Assembly: GCA_043228905.1 (NCBI GenBank) | Contig: JBHGNT010000012.1 | Coordinates: 21,266,001-21,330,000, forward strand | Direction: 5' to 3' | DNA: 64,000 nt | DNA from: Azolla caroliniana | Taxonomy: Eukaryota > Plantae > Polypodiophyta | Shown here: positions 1 to 11,200 of the stretch, piece by piece | How the letters are laid out: every line of letters begins with the position of its first letter | Numbering within the stretch: position 1 is the stretch's first letter | Notes under the pieces: model-generated | Databases searched by the model: none | What the model was told of the DNA's origin: nothing | The model's input: the letters and a program-made list of their open reading frames with translations, nothing else | Position numbers and translations under genes: made by a program

Positions 1-1979
1 CCGGTAAGACACTTCCTTACCGGTCCACACTCTCTGCAGCGTGTCTCCGTCCAAGGGCACTGAGGGTGATCTGTTTATCACGTACGTCGCTATCGTAAGT
101 GCCTCAACCCAAAACGTCTTGGGTAACTTGGCATGTGCTAGCATACTCCGGACCCTCTCCATTATGGTCCGGTTCATCCTCTCGGCCAGCCCATTGAGTG
201 ATGGCGTCTTTTGCACGGTAAATTCAAGCCGGATTCCCTTCGAGCAGCAGTACTCCCGGTATTCTCCTCCGTTATTTGCTCGAACCGCCTTCAGATTCTG
301 GCCGGTTTCATCGGTATGCACTACCTCCAGTGGTGCATTAGGTCTCATCAGTGGCCTTGAGTAGAAGGAGGTCCGGTTTTGCATACCAGCCAGGTAGTCG
401 GTGCACTTCTCAAGATGCATGTCTTTCACCAGAATGAGGTTGTCATCGGCAAGCCTCTTCATCCCCTTCTCGCTCATGTGACACAGTCTCTTGTGCCACA
501 AGCTCACTGGCAGTGTCGGATGCAACATTCACTTCTTCCAGGCATAACTGGGCATTCATTAGGTACAGAGTGTTGACTTTCAGGGCCCGAGCCACTATTA
601 GGCTCCCTTTGCTGAACTTCATGACTCTGTTCCGGATGCTACCCGTGTAGCCTTCATCATCTAGCCGACCGGCTGATATTAGGTTCAGTAGAACCTCCGG
701 AACGTGTCGGACATCCTTCAGCAGCAACTTGCATCCGGTTGGTGTTGTCAACCACACATCTCCTATGTTGACAATTCAACATGTACCTTCATTCCCCATC
801 CGGACACAACCGTGCTCACCGGCTATGTAGGATTAGAAGCATTTCCGGTCCGGGGTCCGGTGGAACGACACTCCAGAATCGACAACCCACGTTGTCTCAT
901 CATCGGCAAGGTACAACTCACTCTCCTCGGTGATGAGTATCAACTCTTCTTCACTTGCCGCGATTGCCGTCATTCCCTTCCTGTCCGGTCCCCTCCGGTC
1001 TTTACCGTTCCGATCTGGTGACCGCTTCGAATCGGTACTATCAGTTTCCTTGTCTTTCCGGAAATGCTGACAGTTCTTTTGGAAGTGTCTCGGCTTGCTG
1101 CAATAGAAGCAAGTATGCCTCCCCCTTGACTTTGACCGTGTCCTCGACTTTTCCCAGTTCTGGGGACTACGGTTCCTTTGTCTTCCACGTTCCGATTCGG
1201 TAAGGAGCGCTTTGGGGTCAGAGATCACCTCCTTGTCTTTCCGACGCGCCTCCTCATCTAGAAAGCTCGACTTGACTCTTGCTAGGGATAACTATTTTCC
1301 TTCCGGCCCGGCGTTGCCCAAAGTGACAACTAACGTCTCCCAACTATCCAGGAGGGAACCGAGTAGGAGTAATGCTAGTACCTCATCGATGAGAGGTACT
1401 TCCAATGATGTTGCCTGGTGTATCAGCCCCTGGAAGGCATTCATGTGCTCCGCCATACTGGAGCCATCTTGGTATCAGAGTCTTACTAGCTTCCGGAATA
1501 CCGAAACCCGATTAGCAACATTTTTGTTCTGAAACATAATGTCGTTCTTCTCCCAAAGGTCATGAGCCTTACTTTCTTCATTGAAGTTGTTGTACAGACT
1601 CATGTCGATGAAGCACCGTATGTATGCCGTTGTCTTCATGTGCATCACCTCCCATATCGTGGCATCGATCTTGTCCAATCTCTTGTCCCCGAACTGAACC
1701 GGCAACAAAAGGTCTTTAACCACGAGCATGTCCCTCGTCTTTGACTTCCACACTAAGTAGTTGGAGCCAGTTAGCTTGAACATGCCTCCCAACGAATCTT
1801 CCATTTTCTGTGTCGTTTCGCTCTGATACCAGATTGACGCGAAATATGCGGAATATTACTCGGCCACAACCGAGTCTCAGATCGTGTCATTTCGAATCGA
1901 ACACCGAGAATGGGAATGGAGGTGAATACACGTACACACAGACAATATGAGAGAGGGTACACAATATGAGAGAGGGTAC
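1..1979 (-). mobile_element. Degenerate Ty1/Copia retrotransposon 5' part (truncated LTR, PBS, gag, protease, start of integrase), related to the Copia at 33272-54489
   Basis: Broken minus-strand ORFs closely match the 33728 polyprotein (MWLTTPTGCKLLLKDVRHVPEV, zinc knuckle CFYCSKPRHFQKNC, WVVDSGVSFH). PBS TGGTATCAGAGC at 1831-1820. LTR end ...CGTCA at 1835. A 19-bp tandem duplication (1942-1960/1961-1979) marks the truncation. Confidence 0.9.
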
Positions 1980-2648
1980 CACAGGCGATCGAATGGTGAG
2001 CGTTGTGGAGCATATTTGCGTGGGGTACTACGATGTTATTTCTAAGAAGAAGGCTCAGGCACATGTGAATGAGTGGAACATCATCAATTATATCATGTGC
2101 CTAACAGTAACGAAGAAATTGCGCCACGTTTCTGGTGACAAGTGTCTAGTAAACCCATATCAAAAGCCTCAACGATTAATTAATCGATTGGTCGAGTTGT
2201 TCTCCAACCCTGATGATTGGGTGCTCGACTTATTCTCTGGAACAGGTATTCTCATAAGTGATCTTAAAAAAAATTAGAATTTCTTGTCTTTGTTTTCTTA
2301 CTTTTGCATTTATGATTGTTTATTCAGGAACAATGATTGTGTGCGCTCTCAAATTGTTTAGGAATTGTGTCGCCTTGGGGAAGGACCCCTCCCAAGTAAA
2401 TTTTATTAAAATGAGGATCCAAGGTATCTAGGATTGCCTTGACTAGGACCAGGAGGTTGGAGATGTTTCAGCTGACCTCTAGAGAACCAATGGAACCTAT
2501 AAACAAAGGAGGGGACTTGGTTGACCTCGAAGATGTACTAGAATCTAGACAAAGACAAGATTCAGCTGAGCAGACGGAACAAGTGGATACGACAGAACTA
2601 TCAGCTGATCCTGGAGAGCAGCCTATTCTAGACCTCCTAGTGGAGTGA
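1980..2648 (+). pseudogene. C-terminal half of a beta-class N4-cytosine/N6-adenine DNA methyltransferase (N6_N4_Mtase-like); two exons with an 82-bp GT-AG intron (2246-2327)
   Basis: Spliced translation ...VNPYQKPQRLINRLVELFSNPDDWVLDLFSGTG|TMIVCALKLFRNCVALGKDPSQVNFIKMRI follows the HPxxKPxxLxxxLIxxxSxxGDxVLDPFxGSGTTxxAAxxLGRxxIGxExD pattern (motifs X, I-III). In-frame TAG stops after about 2429. The N-terminal catalytic DPPY/SPPY part is missing. Confidence 0.82.
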
Positions 2649-3369
2649 ATTGTATAATACTTTGTATTTATAACTGAAAAATTGTTTTGAAATATAAGAA
2701 CTTTTCGTTCGAGTATAATGTCTTTAATCTACCCAATTGGTGTCTCGAACTTTATGTGTCTATCATATGTTTACAAAGGTTGACTTGTAAAGTATGTGGT
2801 TAAGTATAATTTCCATTGAGTAGATGATTTTAACTTATTGTATGACAAATGTTGGTTATAATTGTTTCTCGATTAATATAATTGGATCTAGACTTTATTC
2901 TATGATTTATGTTGTCTTTAATCTTGGTAATTTAGTTTCGAATAAACAAAATAATATTAAGTCAAAGTTGTTGCTCACATGATAATACATTCACGTTGTT
3001 CATGTATGATTGGCATATAATGTTCGTAATGGTTTTTGGTCATGCGTGGTATATTGTGAGATATTCGTTTGTTAATGATTTTCCAATTAATCCAAAAATC
3101 CTATTTACAAAATCAACATAGCAATCTTTATCAGATTTAGAGACAAATATAGTAACAAAATTGCATTTCTAAATTTGTTAAGTTGGATTCGAATTTAACA
3201 TTGTGTACAATGAAGCATATTACAATTATAGTTGGATGCATTCCCATCATCTTATCTAAGATTAGGATAAATTTGTGTATGAATTGAGAAAATATCGAAT
3301 AAATTTTTAATCTTAAAAATATTAACTGCCTTTTTTAGTGATGTTTTTAAAAATCGTGTGCGCATACGT

Positions 3370-4297
3370 TGTCGTGAAGATTTTCGGCAACAGTGTGAAA
3401 ATTGTGTGGAATCGAGAAGGTGTAATGTGCACACGAATGAAAGGGGTGATGGTTACACTCATACGTTAGCATGTTGTAAATATAAATGTAATGAGAACAC
3501 CTAAAGCCTATTTACATTTTGAAGCATACGAAGGGGTGCAAGTATTGAACCATGCACCTCCAAGATAGAAGACAATTGACTTACCATTAGGCTAAGTTAT
3601 TTCTTTAGATCATCATTAGGTTTTTCACATATGAATGCTCATAAATGAGAGCTTGGATGAGGTACATGGTCATCATGCATCACATGTGATGCATGAGCGC
3701 CAAATGGCAATCATGCATTCATGCATCGTATGCATGTCTTACACCCTCACATGCACATATGCATGGGGGCATCTATATAAGTGGGAATCGATCAATGAAT
3801 CAAACAAGCTATGTATCAAGGAAGCTATGGATTAAATCAAGATATTTTAATAAGAAAACCTAGTTATCTTATTGGTGATGTGTCTTGTTTCTTTAAATTA
3901 AAGTCAAGGGTTCAAACCTAGAATTGGAATTTCAATCTGTCTATCTATCTATCTTAAACACTTCCTCAATTTTCGTTTCTCTCTCACACACACTCTCAAC
4001 CACATTAGTGCGTTACTTCAGCTACCTACACGTCAATCCACCGCACCATTGAGTCGGGTTCGGGTGCCTCTTCGACAACAAAGGACGACTCGATGATAAA
4101 CCTAAACGGCCAATTCCTTACAGGCACAACTCACCCGATTCGTTCTCCTAGGTCAAAGACCTTGGTAGTCCCATTCGACCGACCAGTAGGCACGGAAATC
4201 CCATCGTCAATCCTCCATAACCACTAGCAAATAGAGGCTCAATGCTTGTGACGCACACATCCTGACGTTTGGCACGTGTGTCACGCACCACGCAACA
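3370..4297 (+). mobile_element. Solo LTR (about 928 bp) of the tRNA-Trp-primed Gypsy lineage
   Basis: Begins TGTCGTGAAG (the same 10 nt as the LTR start of the 37191-53058 element; also resembles the LTR at 60789) and ends CACGCAACA. Flanks ACGT (3366-3369) and ATGT (4298-4301) form a 4-bp TSD with one CpG transition. Confidence 0.7.
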
Positions 4298-4709
4298 ATG
4301 TAATACATTCTTGAAAGTTTGTTCAGAAATGGTAATTCTTGACATCTCACATATTTATCAATAAAGGAATGTGACATATTACTTGTTTCAAATGACCCGA
4401 TGTTTCGAGCTCTAGGTCTTTAGTCACCACGACCCTGAGTAGGAGTTGAAGGGTGGTCATCTTAACCATAGTATGTAATATTCGTGTTCGTTAGCCCAAA
4501 CATTCGTTTTCATACGTATCCAAACAAATGCACATGTTATTAAAACATTCTTGTGTTTTTTTATTTACACTTTTTACCTTTACTTTCTTACCCTAAAAAA
4601 CAAAATTACCTTATAATAAACAATGAGTGCAAAAGTATGGTATTTACCATACTTTGAGGGTGTTTTTCTTACGCGAATGATAAGAATGTTCACGAATGGT
4701 ACATATGCT

Positions 4710-5835
4710 TCACATTATGACCTTGACTACTGGTGAGAATATCTCGTCAACCCCATGTTCTTGTTTGAATCCCTTCACAATGAACCGAGCTTTGTATTTG
4801 GGCTTCTCTGAGTCGGGTACATATTTGTATCTGAAAACCACCCACTTGCAGGGCAACGGCTTCCTTCGAGCTGGTAGTTTGACCAACTCCCATGTGTTGT
4901 TCTCTTTGATCATGTCCATCTCGGATTTCATGGCTTGTAACCAAGTGTCGGCGTCTGGCGCGGATATGGCTTCTTCGTAAGAGCTCGGTTTGCCAACATT
5001 CGTGTAGTTTACGTAGTCGAGACCCGGTGAATAGAACTCTATCGGCCTTCTAACTCATGCGGATCTCTTGGGTCCCAATTTTGTCGGTTCGATTTCTTCA
5101 ATCAGCTCAGTCAACCGATCGGTACTGCTTGAACCACCTCCAGGAGTCCTTCGGGATGACTCGCCCCTGTAATAGGATTTCGGCGATGTCAATGGTCATT
5201 TTGATTGACAGGGTAGCTTTTTCCTTAGTCAATGGTCATTTTGACTTTGTAATTGTTGGCTCATGTCAATCTCATGGGAAAATCAATTTCGACTAGTGGA
5301 CCTCTTGCTGATTCGGAGTCGGTAGGTGTGGTGTTGGCTTGCTGGATTTCGACTATTTGTTGAATCTCCGATTCGGCACGGTGGGTTGGTCTTTCTATGA
5401 TGTCTCTATCAACTTCAAAGGAGACCGTTTTTAGCTAGTTCCGCTCAAAGAGAATCGAGTCTTCATTGAAGACTATGTCACTACTCCAGGTCAGTTTCCG
5501 GTTCTCTGGTCCCATAGTCATTAGTCGAATTCCCCATTGGTTCTTTTCTCCCTAGGGATGAATGCATAAGCTTCACATCTGAATATATGGAGCCTATCGT
5601 AGGTCAGTTGTTTGCCTGACCATAGTGCCTGTGGCACTTGGAGCTGGATTGCTTTCGATGGTGATAGATTTATCAGGTAGATTGTCGTATGCAACGCTTC
5701 GGCCTAGAACTCCAACTGCTGGAGAATTGTCGTCACCCTCTCTTGGATCGTTTGGTTGATAGGTTGAGCTACTTCATTCTGCATGGGTGTGTATGAAATG
5801 GTCTTTTGGTGTCGGATCCCTTTGTTAGACAGGTA
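4710..5835 (-). mobile_element. Degenerate Ty1/Copia internal fragment (integrase C-terminus to RT N-terminus)
   Basis: MKSEMDMIKENNTWELVKLPARRKPLPCKW...YKARFIVKGFKQEHGVDEIFSPVVK is the Copia RT start. Stop-riddled integrase motifs lie upstream. Confidence 0.85.
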
Positions 5836-6399
5836 CTGGATCCCTCCTTTACACTTCAAGAGTAATGCATAGGGATTAAGAAATTGGCCACTTGCAAGGT
5901 AGAAGATCTTGAAGATGTCAAGTTTGAAATTCTCAAATGGATGGGAAACAAGGCATGTGATTGGATTGTGATATGTTTAATCTTGTATTACAAGATCTCA
6001 TGCCTCATGATTGGACTACGAAGTTGATTAATTAACCTTTATATAAAGTGGGAAACATGAGTAATGTAAATAACTATTGGCAATCCCGGTCAATCATTGA
6101 AAAAGTTATTTCGATGTGTAATAAGAACTAAGTTAAATGCATGGGCTAAAATAATGGTAAGATCAAGGCTTATGAACTAGTTCGTTTCGAGAACACCATA
6201 GCACCATTGATCACATTTTCCCTCCTTGAGTATTAATAGAGGAATATATATAGAATTCTTTGAATACTCATAGAAGTCAAGGTAACAAGAAAATATATTA
6301 TTGCAATTTCTTGAATTTATGAAATTGGTATTTCTCAGGATTTCTAGCAGATAGTTCATTTGGTCTCATAATTTCTAACTCACTCACACCCATACTTCA

Positions 6400-7011
6400 A
6401 TGGATATCGAATACATGGTAATTGGAAGACACAATTTAGCAAAGATCTGGGTTCCATATATATGCAAGATATAAGGGAATATATTGGAAGATGGGACGCA
6501 TCACATTTGTTTCATGATGCATCTATAGATTCCTTTGTGAATGAGCCTTGTCTGCAATGTCGACGTATAACAACTTTGTAATGATAAGCAAGCTCATGGT
6601 TCACACATTATACCACATGTTACACTAAATTACAAGACCATATTCTTCCCCAAATAGGGAAACCACACCAGCGATACATGTTAGGCCCAACCCTTTGATC
6701 ATATGTACCATTATTGTTATACAACTTCGGTCACATTCTTTTTAATGTGAGATGGGGCATTAGGCACAAGTGAAGAGACTACATTCAAGTTCTCTTTCCA
6801 CAAATTATCAATATGAACCATTCCCTACGCACTTCCCCCTTACAATCACAAATGTGCATTCTCAATTACAAATTGCCCATCTAATCCACTTCTTACACAC
6901 ATTCATCAGTAAAATTCTTGAACATCAAGATTCACTAGTCCATTCTAAACATACTAATGAAAATATTTCACTTTTGGTCCTATAGCTCATATTTGACCTC
7001 CAAGGACTAAT

Positions 7012-7015
<4 letters not shown>
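6400..7015. repeat. Old unclassified dispersed repeat; diverged second copy at about 13291-13925
   Basis: Collinear shared blocks such as ttggaagatgggac..ttcatgatgcatc, ttcacacattat and acattcatcagt..aattcttgaacat occur in both regions. No recognisable protein. Confidence 0.55.

Positions 7016-7064
<49 letters not shown>
7016..7064. repeat. (TC)n microsatellite
   Basis: Perfect TC run. Confidence 0.98.
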
Positions 7065-7065
<1 letters not shown>

Positions 7066-8211
7066 AAACAATGGAGAAATTAAATGTTTGGCCTCAAGAA
7101 ACATCTTTTTGATACTTTGATGATACATGTGCTTCTTTATTGAGGCCATAGATTGGCATTTTCGCATTCATAGGGCCTCCCCCACAAATGCATACAAATA
7201 CGAATACGAATTGATGCAAAAGTATTCGTTTAAAAAACACTCAAAAAACAAATTCCCCCTTTTTTAGTCTCCCAAATTTTGTGGATATTTTTATCTCACT
7301 AAAAAGGGGACTTTGTGACACTAATACTATTTCTATAATTGATCTAAAAGTATTCGTTTTTAATAATAATAAAGGTTCATGAATGATAACCTCCCCCCGC
7401 TTTTAGTCTATCAAGTATTGTGGACATTTTTATCTGACACTAAAAAGGCCACTTTACACTAATCATATTTCTATGTGTAATGGATGTAAAAGTTTTTTTT
7501 TTTTTGTAAATAAAAATAAAAATAAAATAAAGGTTCATAAACTCCAAAAATATCATGTATGTGTCAAATATCATGTATGTGTCAAATATCATGTATGTGT
7601 CAATCTATGATTGGGCATAGAAGTATAGGGTAATGTCCACTTCAAAAAAGTTTGCAAATGTCCAAAAACATATGCTTACAAAGTTTCTGTAAGTCAAGAA
7701 GTAACCACTTGGCACCATACGTCCTCTTACTTCTTGAGACAATATAACTTTCTATTAAGATCATGGCCATGTAAAGGGTGGTTAAATACATGCATAAGGG
7801 TTGAAAAAGGTCCTTACATTGACTTCTTAGAATTGCATGGGAAACAAGCAAATAGATCAAAAAGGCACATAAAAGCAAAATTTTGTGTTTTGATTGGATG
7901 TTGTCACAGATAGATCATAAGCTCAAGAGACAAGAAAGAAGATAGACAAATGGATGAGTAGTATTAACGGAAAGACTCCATAACTGGTGTTGTTCACCTT
8001 GAATTCCTTCAAGGTGAACTCTATTTATACTACATGGCATGCATACTTGTTGCACGCATGTGAATCTACAATAGAGCATGTAGGTATGCATGCATGTTCC
8101 AAGTGTAAATACTACAAGGGAGCAACTATGCACATGATGCTAGCAAAACAATAAGGACCAATTACATACATAACTGTGTGCTAGATATATTGGTTAACCC
8201 ATGATACTATA

Positions 8212-11200
8212 TTATAACATGGTCGTGTCAAGAGTTTGAATCTTGACATTATCCCCCCTCCGACGCCGCCTTCCCAAATCGGCCGCTGGTTTGTGGGGAT
8301 ATCGGTGATGAAAATCTTGGACGACCTTTGGGGTATTTTGTAAATTTTCCAATGGTTCCCACGTGGCCTCAGACATGGGGTAACCCCTCCATAGGACAAG
8401 GTATTGCAAGTGTCGACGGTGCCAACGCGAGTCAAGGATTTGGTCGACCTCGTATTCCTCCCTTGTCGTCAATTGCACAGGTGGTGGTGGAGGGGCCTGA
8501 CGTCCTGGGAGTTGTGAAGCATAATGGGGTTCGAGGAGGGAGACATGAAAAACATCATGAATCTGGAAGTGGGATCGAATGGCGAGCCGGAAGGCGACGG
8601 GATTGATGCACTCAATGATACGGAATGGTCCCAACTTCTTGTAATCAAGTTTCACACATGGACGAGTAGTAGAGATGTGCCGACGTAACAACCAAACCAT
8701 GTCTCCAACGACAAAGTGTGGAGTGGCAGATCGATGGCGATCTGCCTGCTGCTTGTATCGTTCACTAGCAAGACTAAGCTCCAAGGATAAATCATGATGT
8801 AGTTCTTCCAAAATGCGAGCACGATCCTCCGCCGAAGGGTTCACGGAAGTGGTAGGAAGGGAAATGTTGAAGCGAGGATGTACACCATAGTGGGCAAAGA
8901 AGGGAGTGACGCCAGTCAATGCATGGAGAGAATTATTGTAGGCGAATTCCGCGAGCGAAAGTAAGTTGACCCAATCATCTTGTTGGTAACTAACAGAGCA
9001 CCGAAGATACTGCTCAAGGATTTGGTTGACACGCTCTGTTTGCCCGTCAGTTTGGGGGTAATAAGCGGATGACAACTTGACAGAGATGCCTAAAGTTTGT
9101 AGCAGGCACTGCCAGAAGTGAGAGACAAACTGGGGTCCGCGATTGGAGATGACATCATCGGGGAGTCCATGCAAGCGTACCACATTGTTGAGTAGTAGAT
9201 GCACCATTCCTTCTCCGGAAATGGTTTTGGAGCATGGAGTGAAGTGAGCCATCTTCGTAAACCGATCGACAACGACCAACACCGAGTCATAGCTATTGAC
9301 CAAGGGTAGATCAGTTATGAGGTCCATAGAGATAGAGGCACAGGGACGACGAGGACATGGAAGCGGTTGTAGTAAGCCGTATGGTCGATGATGAATGGCT
9401 TTGGAGCGAGCACAAACCTCACAACTCTTTATGTATTCTTTGACCAACTTCCATGGTTGTGGCCACCAATACCCCCGAGAGAGTAGCTCGAGGGTTTTCG
9501 CGACCCCGAAATGACCTGCAAGTGGGTCATCGTGGCATTCCCGCAACACCCGGGTGCGACATGGGCCCTCTGGGACGTATAAGAGATGATCTCGGAACAA
9601 AAAACCCTCTTGTATGGTGAAGGTGTCAAGATCCTTCCTTTTGGTCGCCTTGGAGGGGTTTTGCAGACTATCTTGAATCTCGTTGGCAAATGCATCGGTC
9701 TTGGACGCATCAGTGATCTGTTGGAGTAATGAATCATCCTGCAACATACAAGTGGCAAAAAGATGCAATTGGTCGGGTTTCAACAAACATCTAGATTGTT
9801 GAGCATAAGCAGCATCCCCAGGGCGGAGTGCAAGGTCAGCTTGGTGAGAAAGGGCATTGGCCTTCCCATGTTGGTCACTAGGTCGAAATACGATCTCAAA
9901 ATCGTAGTCGGTGAGAAATGTCGACCAACAGGCCTGCCTTCGATTCAAAGTACGAGTGGTGGAAAAATAAACTAAATTTTTATGATCAGTCACTACCTGG
10001 ACACGATGTTGTGCGCCGGCCAAGTAGGGTCGCCATTCTTCAAAGGCAGCAATGATAGCAGCAAGCTCCTTGTCGTATATGGGATAATTGATTTCGGATG
10101 CTGTGAATTTCCGGGAGTAGTAAGCCACTGGGTGCCTGGGATAAGATGGCACCAATGGCGAAGTCAGAGGCATTGGTTTCAACTTGGAAGGGTTTTGTGG
10201 GGTCGGCATGTAGCAGTACTGGGGCAGTGATGAATGCGTGTTTGAGTGAGTCGAACGCATTTTGTGCCTCCGAGGTCCATAAAAATGGAATGCCTTTACG
10301 GGTGAGAGCGATAAGAGGTTGTGCTAGGGTGGAAAACCCCTTGATGAAGCGACAGTAAAAAATCGTGAAGCCGAGGAAGGATTGCACATCTTTAAGTCGC
10401 CCACGCCTAAATGACAGAGACCTTCTTCATATCCATGGTGATGCTAGTGGGCGAGATGATGTAGCCTAGAAATTCGATCGAGGTATGGTCGAACTCGCAT
10501 TTCTCGCCTTTGGCATAAAGGCCATGCTCGCGAAGTTTGGCAAGAACTAATGTTACGGGCATGACCATTTAATATCCCGTGGTGAGAATTTACCGTAGTA
10601 TTCTATACACGTGTATAGAATACTACGGTAAATTCTCACCACGGGATATTAAATGGTCATGCTCTTAACAACTAATCGGACTTGGCGAGTGTGTTCCTCC
10701 ATGTTTGGCGAGAAAATGAGAATATCATCGAGGTAAATGACAACAAAATGATCAAGATATTCCCGGAATATATTGTTCATCATATGTTGAAAAACTGTTG
10801 GAGCGTTAGTAAGACCAAAAGGCATTACCTTGTATTCGAAATGCCCATACCGTGTTCGAAATGCGGTTTTCCATTCATCCCCCGGCTTGATGCGTACTAG
10901 ATTGTACGCTCCACGCAGATCAACTTTGGAGAAGACACGCACAACTCGGAGCCGATCAAGAAGTTCAGGGATCAGAGGTAGCGGATAGTGGTTGTGCACA
11001 GTGAGTTTGTTGAGACCTCGGTAGTCGACGCATAAGCGTAGAGAGTCGTCCTTCTTCTTCACAAATAAAATGGGGGCCCCGGCTGGTGACTTAGAAGGTT
11101 GAATAAATCCTTTCTCGAGGTTCTCATCGAGATACACACGAAGGGCCTTCAACTCTAGTGCAGACAACGCATATAGAGGACCAAAGGGTGGACACGCACC

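Noticed and set aside
1980-2648. Bacterial contamination as the source of the methyltransferase
   Set aside because: It has a spliceosomal intron and decay stops, and is contiguous with plant LTR elements.
6400-7015. Possible transposase or SWIM-domain coding remnant, also at 13291-13925
   Set aside because: No frame gave a recognisable motif; kept only as an unclassified repeat.
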